A stretch of 64,000 nucleotides of DNA from an uncultured bacterium (GTDB lineage Bacteria; Acidobacteriota; HRBIN11; JAKEFK01): the NCBI GenBank assembly GCA_963777505.1, contig CAVZQN010000003.1:32001-96000 (forward strand). Reading direction: 5' to 3'. Positions 43,835-53,492 of the stretch are shown here, in pieces. The notes beneath the pieces were generated by a model that was not told the DNA's origin, made no database searches, and was given only the letters and a program-made list of their open reading frames with translations. How positions within the stretch are numbered: position 1 is the stretch's first letter; each line of letters opens with the position of its first letter. Made by a program: the position numbers and the translations under genes.

Positions 43835-44288
43835 ATGAAAGCGCGTACCGAAGATGTGAGTCAGTATTGATGGAATCATAAAAGCTTTCTACGAAATTGT
43901 TTCGGGGCCTGCAGGCGCCGCTCGAGATTGGGATCGTGAAAGAACCTTAAGCATAGAAGGCGTCCGTTTTGTACGTTTATCAGCAGGCGAAAAGAGAGAA
44001 GCTCCCAAGGTTACGATCATGAGTCTTGATGATTGGATTCAAGGGGCTGAACCAATTTTGCTGAAAGGCTTTTATGAATGGGAAATTCATCGAATTACGT
44101 ATGCATATGGAAATATTGCGCATGTATTGAGTACTTATGTATCGCGTGAGACAGAAAATGGGCCGATTATTGACCGCGGTGTGAATAGTATTCAGCTTTT
44201 TTTTGATGGGACTCGTTGGTGGATTGCAGGCGCAATTTGGCAACGGGAAACAAAAGATCTTCCTATTCCCTCAACTTTTCTACCATAG
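43835..44288 (+). CDS. NTF2-like conserved hypothetical protein (frameshift near 43860)
   Basis: MKARTEDV / SIDGIIKAFYEIVSGPAG..RDW...YGNIAHVLSTY...GVNSIQL..DG.RWWI. Confidence 0.7.
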
Positions 44289-44389
44289 CGTCTTTGCAGT
44301 TAAAAGAAAAAGGAATAGCGCCAGAAATTCGCATTCGCGAATTCACTGGCGCTATATTTGCCTCGAACGAAGGAGGCGTACAATGCCGA

Positions 44390-44776
44390 TTATTCTTTTT
44401 CGTTCGGATCTTTTGTTTTGTCGCCCGATTTGATTTTGATCTTAGTCGCAAGGTTCGCGGCGTCAGCTTCTATTCCAACTCTGTCGCCGGCTTTCAGGGT
44501 TTCAAATTGAATTGACTTGTCGTCCATTGACCTGAAAGATGTTTTGTCATCATATGTGAAAACCCTGACTTCACCCGATTTATCCAATTTCACAGAAATT
44601 GTTTTTGCAAGGGGATCAACTTTATCAATCGTTCCGACCATCTTACTGTTTTTGCTCATATCCGCTGTATCTGAGCTTGTGCTAGGTGGCTCAGTCGGCG
44701 TGGAAGTTTGTGCGCTAACTGCCAGAATGGCCACAAAAAGCCCTAAAAACGCGAACAAAGCAATTTTCTTATTCAT
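44390..44776 (-). CDS. Secreted small OB-fold-like (DUF5666/CusF-like) protein
   Basis: GGAGG RBS, signal peptide, 'GTIDKVD..KTISV...LKAGDRVGI'. Confidence 0.65.
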   Translation of the reverse strand: MNKKIALFAFLGLFVAILAVSAQTSTPTEPPSTSSDTADMSKNSKMVGTIDKVDPLAKTISVKLDKSGEVRVFTYDDKTSFRSMDDKSIQFETLKAGDRVGIEADAANLATKIKIKSGDKTKDPNEKE

Positions 44777-44979
44777 TCATTCACCTCCGGAACTTGGGAG
44801 TACCCACGAGAAACTGGTACTCTGTTTTTTGTGAAATTTTTTGATCTAACTTCTAAAACTAAGCCTCAATGCAGTAGTTGCAAGTTTTTCAACCTTGAAA
44901 AAAATAAAAAAAAATTATTGGCGATTTGTGGCATCGCCATAAACTTTCGACTAGAATTTGAAGCACTGAGGAAAACGAA

Positions 44980-45378
44980 ATGAGAAAAATTCAGCTATTT
45001 GCAGTGATTCTGCTTTGTGTGGCCGTATTTGTGACTTTTGCCTGCAAAAATCGTAACGAAGAAGTCATTAATGGCGTAATTTATGCCAAAAATGCTTTAA
45101 CTTCAGTTGGCGCCAATCCGCTTGTTCAGGCTGGATATCAGGGTGTTATTGCACGTGGAGGCACACCTGTTGATTACATTAAATCGACATTACCGAAAGA
45201 AAATCCAGTTTTTGATAGCTGGGAATTTGGAAAAGAGCCTTCAAAACCCTGGACGATTGTTATTCGGCCAGGAAGCACTCCAAATGAGTTTTACATTGAA
45301 GGGTATGGCGCTGATAAAAAGAAGCCGCTCAGAGTGGAACACGTAGTCGTTAATGTTCCGCTACCAGAAGAAGAATAA
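44980..45378 (+). CDS. Hypothetical lipoprotein
   Basis: Signal peptide ending 'TFAC'. Confidence 0.65.
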   Translation: MRKIQLFAVILLCVAVFVTFACKNRNEEVINGVIYAKNALTSVGANPLVQAGYQGVIARGGTPVDYIKSTLPKENPVFDSWEFGKEPSKPWTIVIRPGSTPNEFYIEGYGADKKKPLRVEHVVVNVPLPEEE

Positions 45379-45406
45379 AAAATTACCACAAAGACGCAGA
45401 GAAGGT

Positions 45407-46729
45407 TTACGCTAGCTCTCTAATTGCGCGAAGCGTAGTTTCAATTTCCGCTTCATTGTTGACAAGGCTTGGCGCCAACCTCGCATAGGCTGCACCATAA
45501 GGTGTAACGCTTGCGATAATTTTTTTGCCCAACAATTTTTCAACGACCTGTTCTGGTTCCATCCCGTTTACATCAAAACAAACAAGTCCCGATGACAACT
45601 TTGCGCTGCGAGGCGTGTGAAGGTCAACATGTTTCATTTGTGCTAACCCATCTTTGCAGACTGTATTTAATTCATGAATGCGATCCATCACACGTTTTTT
45701 CCCAATTTGCATATGGAAACGGAATGCATCAGCAATGGCCCACTGATGTTCATATGCCTGAAATCCTCCAGGGGTTATCCACGAAGCTTGCGTACTTCCT
45801 TTTGGTACTTCGTTATCCATCCATGCGCCATACAGGTCATTGTTATCGAAAGTTGGAATCGTTGGCGTGATTTCATTCCATGCGCTTTTTTTACCCCAAA
45901 TGATTCCAGTCCCTCTTGGACCGAATACCCATTTATGAGTGCCTGCAACAAGAAAATCACAACCTAATTGTTGAACTGTGGTGTCTTCAACACCTAATCC
46001 ATGAACGCCATCGACTACAAACAAAATCCGGTCAGCTGTTTCACGATTTTGATTCAATTCTTGAATGACCTCGCTGATTTTGCTGATCGGAAGCTTTAAT
46101 CCACTGGATGAATGTACCCATGTGACACCAACGGCGCGAGTCTCAGGCGTAATCGATTTGCGGATTCGCTGAATGATATCTTCCTCTGAAATTGTGTCAA
46201 ACCTTTCAAAGAGTGGAATCTTGCGAAATGTTGCGCCATTTTTTTCAACAGCCCATCGGATCGATTCATGATGTGAATAGTGATCATGATTGGTTGTAAG
46301 GATCTCCTGACCCTTTCGAATTTTCATTCCGTTGTATACAAGTGCTAACCCTACTGTCGTGCTCGTTGTCAATGCAATTTCATCGGGCGAAGCTCCTAAG
46401 TATTCTGCCGCTGCTTTTTTTACCTGCAGCGGACGATTATCTCCATCTGGCCCAAACAATCCATGTTCAACAACAAGAAAAGGATTGTCATCAATTTCGC
46501 GGCGGTATCTTTCAATTGCGTCACGAACCGGTTTTGGATGCGAAGCAATAAAAAATGATGCAAGGTGAATATAGCTGCGATTTAAAGTAAATGAATCGCG
46601 TATCTCCTCATAACTGCCCTGTACGGCTGCTGTGTTTTGAGCTGATTCTTCTTTTGCATTTAGATGAATCGCTGCCGCAGCTATGGACAGTCCTGTTGAT
46701 GTAATAAAACCTCGTCTGGAGATTTTCAT
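45407..46729 (-). CDS. Tat-exported class V PLP enzyme, PvdN-like
   Basis: 'SRRGF' Tat motif; 'ASHPKPVR','VDGVHG','GTHKWVFGPRGTG','TPGGF.AYEH.WA'. Confidence 0.82.
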   Translation of the reverse strand: MKISRRGFITSTGLSIAAAAIHLNAKEESAQNTAAVQGSYEEIRDSFTLNRSYIHLASFFIASHPKPVRDAIERYRREIDDNPFLVVEHGLFGPDGDNRPLQVKKAAAEYLGASPDEIALTTSTTVGLALVYNGMKIRKGQEILTTNHDHYSHHESIRWAVEKNGATFRKIPLFERFDTISEEDIIQRIRKSITPETRAVGVTWVHSSSGLKLPISKISEVIQELNQNRETADRILFVVDGVHGLGVEDTTVQQLGCDFLVAGTHKWVFGPRGTGIIWGKKSAWNEITPTIPTFDNNDLYGAWMDNEVPKGSTQASWITPGGFQAYEHQWAIADAFRFHMQIGKKRVMDRIHELNTVCKDGLAQMKHVDLHTPRSAKLSSGLVCFDVNGMEPEQVVEKLLGKKIIASVTPYGAAYARLAPSLVNNEAEIETTLRAIRELA

Positions 46730-46788
46730 AAGCTCCTCCTGGAAATAATGAAATTATACGTCAACCTTTCGATCTTCCATCTCGTCTA

Positions 46789-47097
46789 ATGTACAGTGAG
46801 CAGATCATGAAAGACTATCCGAAAAACAAAAAGCAAATGATGCTCTTCTCTATCCTGATGCTTATGTTTGTCACCACGGTCATGATAAAAGTTGCCGCCG
46901 CCCAACAGGAACAAATCGATTTCACGAAGGCGATTTTTGCGAAAAGGAATGTTTTGATCGTGAAAATTCAGCAAAATCTGGTTCAAATTTTGTTACAGAA
47001 TGCAGCCTCCAGATTTCAAGATTCGGATTCAAAACAGACTCTGATCGGACATGGGCGTCCTGCCGTCAGGTTGACACGACAAGCAACGGTTCAATAG
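46789..47097 (+). CDS. Hypothetical membrane/secreted protein (start uncertain)
   Basis: Fills an intergenic gap; one hydrophobic helix. Confidence 0.4.
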   Translation: MYSEQIMKDYPKNKKQMMLFSILMLMFVTTVMIKVAAAQQEQIDFTKAIFAKRNVLIVKIQQNLVQILLQNAASRFQDSDSKQTLIGHGRPAVRLTRQATVQ

Positions 47098-47210
47098 AAT
47101 CCTACAAAGATCGGAAACGAGCTTCCAAAAACACACCCGATTTCTAAATAAGATAGATGGAATTTTCATTCCTAAGAAGTATATTGAACCTCAGCACAAG
47201 GAGGCTGAAT

Positions 47211-47735
47211 ATGAAAAAAAGTATCTTCTTTGTTTTTGCCTGTACTCTGTTGTTCTCGTACGCACTTTTTGCGGAAGATGTTGTGATCTCGATGAATTTA
47301 ATCAGTCCAGAGGGGACTGGTAAAGCGATTGGTAAAATCACAGCAACCGATAGCAAAGACGGACTCGTTTTGAAGCCGGAGTTAAATAGTCTGCCTCCAG
47401 GAGTGCACGGATTTCATGTACACGAAAATGCAACTTGTGATCCTGCTGATAAAGATGGAAAAATGACCGCTGGACAAGCCGCAGGTGGACATTTTGATCC
47501 AAAGAAAACGGGGAAGCATCTGGGCCCAAATGGCGATGGACATTTAGGCGATCTTCCGCCAATTGAAATTGCTGCTGATGGGACAGCGACCAAGGCAGTA
47601 GTTGCTCCACGTTTGAAAGCCGCTGATTTGAAAGGGCATGCAATTATGATTCACGTACACGGTGATAATTTTATGGACACTCCTGAACCGCTCGGCGGTG
47701 GTGGTGGTAGATTGGCCTGCGGTGTAGCAAAATAA
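47211..47735 (+). CDS. sodC: Cu/Zn superoxide dismutase, periplasmic
   Basis: 'HGFHVHE','AGGHFDP','HLGDLP','GGGGRLACG'; AGGAGG RBS; signal peptide. Confidence 0.95.
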   Translation: MKKSIFFVFACTLLFSYALFAEDVVISMNLISPEGTGKAIGKITATDSKDGLVLKPELNSLPPGVHGFHVHENATCDPADKDGKMTAGQAAGGHFDPKKTGKHLGPNGDGHLGDLPPIEIAADGTATKAVVAPRLKAADLKGHAIMIHVHGDNFMDTPEPLGGGGGRLACGVAK

Positions 47736-47763
47736 GTTTTTTCACCGCAAAGGCGCTAAGTTT

Positions 47764-48765
47764 TTACGCCTTGCCAAGGACCATGGCAAGAAGTGCCATT
47801 CTTACGTATAAGCCGTATTCCATCTGGCGGAAATAGGCAGCACGCGGATCACGATCAAGGTCCATCGAAATTTCCGTCACGCGTGGAAGCGGATGCATAA
47901 TCACCATTTCCTGTTTGGCTCGCTTCATTATTTCCGGATTAATGACATATGCATCTTTTACAGATTCATATTCTTCAGGATTTTCAAAACGTTCACGTTG
48001 TACGCGCGTAACATACAAGACATCCGTTTGAGGCAAGACTTCATTTAAGTCCGAATATTCTTTTTGCTCTATACCGGTGGCTTTCAATTCTTCAATTAAA
48101 GGTTTTGGCATTCGTAAAATTTCTGGTGAAACATAATTGAGTTTTGCGCCATATAAACGTAAAAGTTTGGATAGAGAATGAACAGTGCGTCCGTATTTCA
48201 AATCACCCAGCATCGTTACAGTGAGCCCTTCGAGGCGTCCCAGTTCCTCCTGAATCGTAAATAAGTCCAGTAAGGCTTGAGTCGGATGTTCTCCGGTGCC
48301 ATCTCCCGCATTGATTAATGGCTTACGAAGATAACTTGCCGCTGTTTTGGCCGCTCCGGTTTCCGGATGGCGTAAAACAATTACATCGCAGTAGCATTCA
48401 AGTGTTCGAACTGTATCCGCAAGTGATTCACCTTTTGCTACTGAAGAATATCGAACTTCGCTGATAGGGATAACGCTTCCACCGAGACGTTCCATTGCAG
48501 CAGTAAATGATGATGAGGTTCGTGTTGATGGTTCATAAAAAACATTAGCAAGAATTTTCCCTTTCAATAAATCAAATGTCCCGACACGTTCAACCATCGA
48601 GCGCATTTCATGTGCGACCGCAAAAATATATTCAAGGTCTAAGCGCGTAAACTGTGCAGTAGCTAAAATGTGTTGTCCATAAAAACGTTCATCCCCGCGT
48701 TCACCAAGCGGCAATTTGACGCCCGCCGGTGTTCTATTTCCTGTTGTCTGTGATCGTGTACTCAC
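47764..48765 (-). CDS. pyrB: Aspartate carbamoyltransferase catalytic subunit
   Basis: 'FYEPSTRT','HPTQALLD','[12 protein letters not shown]','HPLPR'. Confidence 0.95.
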   Translation of the reverse strand: MSTRSQTTGNRTPAGVKLPLGERGDERFYGQHILATAQFTRLDLEYIFAVAHEMRSMVERVGTFDLLKGKILANVFYEPSTRTSSSFTAAMERLGGSVIPISEVRYSSVAKGESLADTVRTLECYCDVIVLRHPETGAAKTAASYLRKPLINAGDGTGEHPTQALLDLFTIQEELGRLEGLTVTMLGDLKYGRTVHSLSKLLRLYGAKLNYVSPEILRMPKPLIEELKATGIEQKEYSDLNEVLPQTDVLYVTRVQRERFENPEEYESVKDAYVINPEIMKRAKQEMVIMHPLPRVTEISMDLDRDPRAAYFRQMEYGLYVRMALLAMVLGKA

Positions 48766-48837
48766 TGTTAATTCTCCTGTTCTTTATTGAACCACAAAGG
48801 CGCAGAGATTTACATTCGAGGCACAGAGTTTTTTGTA

Positions 48838-50301
48838 TCACAAAGGCGCCGAGTTTTTAACAGGCAAAATGCTGGCCTGACGCAAACGCCATCGATCTAC
48901 ATAATGATTTTGCGACGGAAGCGGATCCAGAATAATTGTGATTTTCCAAACTTCTTTCCTTGGATAGGCCTTTAGAATCTCTTGCCGTTTTTCAGGTAGA
49001 TCCCGAATAAAAACACGATCTCCGTTCGATGGATTCAAATTGTTAAAAAACATAAATGTCCTGAGAGTGTATGGATCACCAGCAAGTAGAATCAATGCGC
49101 TCTTTCCTACAGGCGCCTCATCCAACATCTGAACAAAACGGCTGCTTTGCCCGTGATAAGTCATAAAGTGGTCGCTTAATTGCTGCGGCAAAGCGCGAAA
49201 AGGGAGTCCAAGGATAGGCAAAATGATCAGCAATCGAATTGCGCGATTTCGAATTAGATCCAACAAGAATTTCAATGACCCCGCAGCAAGAACACACAAA
49301 AATCCAATCATTTCAAAAGCATATCGAGGGCCCGAATAAACGATGTCTCTATAAGAGAAGAATGAATATTCAAATATCAGAGTGAAGGAACATGCAATTA
49401 AGATCCAATGGAATTGAGTTTTCGGTTTAAAAAAAATGAAAGGAATCAAAATCAATAGATCGGGCCATGGCCATCGCCACACTGATCCACTTAACGTTCG
49501 AATGTACCAGGAAAAATTATCAAAAAAGAATCTGCCGGAGAATGTAATCGGCTGCCATGAAGAGTCTTTCGGATATCCTGCAAGAAGTGGATCGCCAAAA
49601 GCATAGGAGTTGTATGCGAGAAATAGAATAACAAATGGTATACCTCCTAAAACAGACCACAGAGTTTGCTTTGGAGTTCGTATCGCACTCCATAAGAACG
49701 CAGGGAATAAAAAAATACTGCTGAAAGGGCGAATTAAGAATAAGATTCCCGCCAGTATACCTGCGAGGAAATAATTTTTGATTTTTCCGGATTGAAATGC
49801 TGCAAACAATTCTGCAACACACCAGATTGCGGCACACATTGCTGACGTATGCGCCATCTGCCCGCTACCCATCAGCAGGACAAAAGGCGATACACAGAAG
49901 AGCGCACTTGCAAGCCATGCAACTTCCTTGTCAAAAACGGTTTTGGCAATTCGCCACACTCCAATTGTTGCAATAAAAGTAATGATCGGATTGATGATCC
50001 AGGGGTTTCCAAATAACCAACCGATTGAAAGTAAGATCGGCCATCCAGGTGGATACATCGAATGCCATCGGGACTCCGTCATCAAAATGTGATCCACCTT
50101 AAAGCCTGAATGAACCGGAGGTGGAAGTACCCACAAATTACCGGACGCCAAGATTCGTCCTTGAAATACATAAGACGTTTCATCGGGAATATGAGTGATA
50201 AAGCCGAGTACATGCCGGCAAATCAAAAATGAAAGTACACCCGCTGATACAGCAAAGGCGAGAGCAACTAAATCAAAACGGCGATTTATTTTTTCTGGCA
50301 A
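48838..50301 (-). CDS. GT-C (ArnT/family 39-like) membrane glycosyltransferase
   Basis: 'PDETSY','YPPGWP','IRPF','GPRY', multiple TMs. Confidence 0.75.
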   Translation of the reverse strand: MPEKINRRFDLVALAFAVSAGVLSFLICRHVLGFITHIPDETSYVFQGRILASGNLWVLPPPVHSGFKVDHILMTESRWHSMYPPGWPILLSIGWLFGNPWIINPIITFIATIGVWRIAKTVFDKEVAWLASALFCVSPFVLLMGSGQMAHTSAMCAAIWCVAELFAAFQSGKIKNYFLAGILAGILFLIRPFSSIFLFPAFLWSAIRTPKQTLWSVLGGIPFVILFLAYNSYAFGDPLLAGYPKDSSWQPITFSGRFFFDNFSWYIRTLSGSVWRWPWPDLLILIPFIFFKPKTQFHWILIACSFTLIFEYSFFSYRDIVYSGPRYAFEMIGFLCVLAAGSLKFLLDLIRNRAIRLLIILPILGLPFRALPQQLSDHFMTYHGQSSRFVQMLDEAPVGKSALILLAGDPYTLRTFMFFNNLNPSNGDRVFIRDLPEKRQEILKAYPRKEVWKITIILDPLPSQNHYVDRWRLRQASILPVKNSAPL

Positions 50302-50304
50302 GAA

Positions 50305-50850
50305 TTAGATGGCCTGAGATTTCGAAACAAGTTTATCGCGGAATACTTCTTCAAGTTTTTTCATCTTTGGACGAATAATGTAAGTACAATAAGGCTGATT
50401 CGGATTGTTGTTGTAAAAATTTTGATGATATGGCTCGGCCGGATAGAAATTCGTGAAAGGAGTTATCTCTGTCACGATCGGACGATCCCAAATTTTTGCA
50501 GCATCCAGTTTCTTTTTGTACGCTTCTGCAAGCTTGCCTTGCTCCTCTGTATGATAAAAAACAGCGGAGCGGTATTGCGTTCCATGATCATTCCCTTGCT
50601 GGTTCAGGGTTGTAGGATCATGAGTCTTCCAAAATACTTCCAACAGCTCATCGTATGAAACCAGCGAAGGATCATAGGTGACCTGAATGGCCTCCGCATG
50701 ACCGGTTTCGCCACCACAGACTTCCTGATACGTAGGATTTTCTACAAAACCTCCTGCATATCCGGATACAACACTTTCTACCCCTTTCAACCTTTGAAAG
50801 ACGGCTTCAGTGCACCAAAAACATCCTGAACCGAAAGTCGCTTTTTCCAT
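50305..50850 (-). CDS. msrA: Peptide-methionine (S)-S-oxide reductase
   Basis: 'GCFWC','TGHAE','QYRS','AE.YHQ'. Confidence 0.96.
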   Translation of the reverse strand: MEKATFGSGCFWCTEAVFQRLKGVESVVSGYAGGFVENPTYQEVCGGETGHAEAIQVTYDPSLVSYDELLEVFWKTHDPTTLNQQGNDHGTQYRSAVFYHTEEQGKLAEAYKKKLDAAKIWDRPIVTEITPFTNFYPAEPYHQNFYNNNPNQPYCTYIIRPKMKKLEEVFRDKLVSKSQAI

Positions 50851-50861
50851 AGTTCACTCAT

Positions 50862-50893
50862 CACTCGTTGCTCAGCACTCGTTGCTCAGCACT
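50862..50893. repeat. Short tandem repeat (cactcgttgctcag x2)
   Basis: Directly visible. Confidence 0.6.
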
Positions 50894-50894
50894 A

Positions 50895-51506
50895 TTATTG
50901 TTGTGCTGTTGCTCCTGCTCCAGCTGCTTTTACTTCTTTAAACGATTTTACAACGTTGTCCAATGCATACTTGTTTTGTTTGAACTTTGCCTGTGGACTC
51001 CACGCTAAAATTTCATGGAAGTAATATGGTGATTCCACGGTTGTATGCAGATAGCTGATTTTGCTATTGCCCGAAGTCGTTCCACGAATCTCATGTTGGA
51101 TTGCGTTGTTCCCATCTAATGTTAATTGAACTGATGGCTGAGCTTTCGAAACAGCCAGCGTTTTCAGGAGATTGTTGCCAGTTGTTTTCGCATACTCATC
51201 AAGTGTGAGACCTGGATACATATCTTTCTTTTCTGTGAAAACAACTATATACATTTCTTTAAAAGGATTCGATGCTTGAAGCTGAGCCTTTTTGTGCAAC
51301 CCTTTCGTGCTTTCCCAACCACCTACAGCTGTAATTTGCGAAATTCCATCGGTACTGGTAATAACTTTTCCACCAGGATCGGGATTTTCTGCAGCTGTTT
51401 GCGCTTCCTCAGCAGGCGCTACTTCCGCTTGCTCTTCTTTTTTTGAACACCCCGCAGCAATTACGAAGATCAGTAGAACTAAAAAAGGTAGAAATTGCTT
51501 TCTCAT
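50895..51506 (-). CDS. Hypothetical lipoprotein (PsbP/DcrB-like fold possible)
   Basis: MRKQFLPFLVLLIFVIAAGC lipobox; C-terminal 'LDNVVKSFKE'. Confidence 0.65.
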   Translation of the reverse strand: MRKQFLPFLVLLIFVIAAGCSKKEEQAEVAPAEEAQTAAENPDPGGKVITSTDGISQITAVGGWESTKGLHKKAQLQASNPFKEMYIVVFTEKKDMYPGLTLDEYAKTTGNNLLKTLAVSKAQPSVQLTLDGNNAIQHEIRGTTSGNSKISYLHTTVESPYYFHEILAWSPQAKFKQNKYALDNVVKSFKEVKAAGAGATAQQ

Positions 51507-51560
51507 ACACACTCCATTTGCTTCTCTTATTTTATTCCAACTGGAGTGTTCAAAAAAGAT

Positions 51561-52445
51561 CTATACGCTCTTGTATGCGGGCGCAAAGACCTCGGTAGCG
51601 AACTCTTCCAATGTGGTTGGACTTGTATTTTCAGGAGTCCGTTTCTCAGCCTGAATGGTACCATCATTAAAAGCACGATACATTTCGATATAAAGGTCAG
51701 CCATTTCCGTTGAAAGTCCGGATTGGATCATGCCATTTCTTCCATCTTCATAGCTAAATTGAATGTACTGTAGATCAGGTTTGCCTATCGCATTGCCTAA
51801 AACCTTAGCAACTTCTGCGTGCGTATAATCTCTTGGGCCAAGAAGATCAGCCCATGACTTTCCGCTAAAATCCAGACGATCGAGACGGTCCGCTGCATAT
51901 GTTCCTATGTCCTTTGTAGCAATCATTGGCATAGCCAAATCCGGATGGGCTGGCGAACCCAGAATATTCATTTCGCGAATCATTGGAATGTTTGACAAAA
52001 AGTTTTCCATAAAAAATGTAGGCCTTAGATGCAAAACGTTTGCATCTAACTGATTCAAGCGTTGTTCTTGATTGTGCAGGCCAACAATCGGCCCTGTACC
52101 GGATGACAAATGTGCGCCTATACTACTCAAGAACACAACATTACGAACATTTGCTTGTTTTAGGGCCTCTGTAATCGTTTCGCCAGCTTTGTTCATAAAT
52201 GCTATGACGGATTTTGCCTGAACATCCGGTGGAATCAAGGTATAGACTGCTGAAGCACCCTGAAATGCTTCCGACAAGAATTTCTGATCTTCCACTGAGC
52301 CGGGAGCAATTTCAGCTCCCAGATGTGTAAGAGCGTTTAATTTATTCTTGTTTCTTGCGACGGCGCGTACTTTTTTGCTGCGGTGTAACAAAATCGTCGC
52401 GATTCTGCTTCCAGTATTTCCAGTTGCACCTGTTATTACGTACAT
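51561..52445 (-). CDS. NmrA-like NAD(P)H-binding protein
   Basis: 'ITGATGNTG','LRPTFFMEN','IATKDIG'. Confidence 0.9.
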   Translation of the reverse strand: MYVITGATGNTGSRIATILLHRSKKVRAVARNKNKLNALTHLGAEIAPGSVEDQKFLSEAFQGASAVYTLIPPDVQAKSVIAFMNKAGETITEALKQANVRNVVFLSSIGAHLSSGTGPIVGLHNQEQRLNQLDANVLHLRPTFFMENFLSNIPMIREMNILGSPAHPDLAMPMIATKDIGTYAADRLDRLDFSGKSWADLLGPRDYTHAEVAKVLGNAIGKPDLQYIQFSYEDGRNGMIQSGLSTEMADLYIEMYRAFNDGTIQAEKRTPENTSPTTLEEFATEVFAPAYKSV

Positions 52446-52535
52446 GATGAACCTCCGTTGTAAGTTTAAATACTAGAGATAATGCTAAGCAATTTCATAC
52501 AATAGTTTTAGTTTGCAAACAGCAGAATAGACACT

Positions 52536-53468
52536 ATGAAGATAATTTCACTCCTTTTCCTCTTGATCGTCTTTTGCGGATGCTTATCGGCTGAACATGA
52601 ACACAAACAATTTTCTGCCCGCACGAACTACTGTCCTCAGTGGTCGCCCGATGGAGGGAAGATCTTATTTTATTCACAAATTGGCGAACGTTGGCAAATC
52701 ATGTCAGTAAATATTGATGGAAGTCATATGTCGCGGTTAAGCAAAAGTGATCATGATGATTTTTACCCGTCGTATTCGCCACGAGGCGACCGAATCCTTT
52801 TTTACTCAAGACGGGATGGAAACGAGGAAATTTATGTTGCAAATTCTGACGGAACTGAGCCGGTACGTTTAACGAACGATCTGAAGAGGGATCGAAATCC
52901 TCGATGGTCACGCAATGGAAAGTACATCGCTTTTGTCTCAACGGATCAAAAAGGTGCGGCGGCGATTGAAATCATGGCGCCAGATGGAAGCGGGCGGACC
53001 CGATTAACAGATGTTTCAAAACATCAAGTTGTATCGAGATTGAGTTGGTCTCCTGATAGCTCGCGCGTGATCACTTATTTTTCCAATGATGGAAAAGAAA
53101 TGAGCGGCGAAAATTTATGGTCACTTTTTTCTATCTCACTGGATGGAAAAAAGGTTGATCAGATTGATGATGCATGGCGAAGAGATTCCAATCCAGATTG
53201 GGGAGATTCCGGTTTGATTCTGTTTGATGCCCACAAGCAAGGTTCGTGGGAATCCGACGATGGAGGCTGGGAGATTTTTTCGACAAAGTCTGGCGGAAAG
53301 AATCGAATGAATCTCACACGGAATGATAAACAAAATGATTGGAGTCCTGCGTGGTCACCGAATGGAAAACAGATTGCGTATTGTTCGGGAATGGATGATC
53401 GTTACGAAATCTTCGTTATGAATGCCGATGGCTCCAATCCCCGCCGCCTTACATTCAACGTCCGATAA
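52536..53468 (+). CDS. TolB-like PD40 beta-propeller protein
   Basis: Repeated 'P.WSPDG..I.F.S....IYV.N.DG' units; signal peptide. Confidence 0.88.
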   Translation: MKIISLLFLLIVFCGCLSAEHEHKQFSARTNYCPQWSPDGGKILFYSQIGERWQIMSVNIDGSHMSRLSKSDHDDFYPSYSPRGDRILFYSRRDGNEEIYVANSDGTEPVRLTNDLKRDRNPRWSRNGKYIAFVSTDQKGAAAIEIMAPDGSGRTRLTDVSKHQVVSRLSWSPDSSRVITYFSNDGKEMSGENLWSLFSISLDGKKVDQIDDAWRRDSNPDWGDSGLILFDAHKQGSWESDDGGWEIFSTKSGGKNRMNLTRNDKQNDWSPAWSPNGKQIAYCSGMDDRYEIFVMNADGSNPRRLTFNVR

Positions 53469-53492
53469 ACTCTGAGCCTTTGCGGTTTAAAT

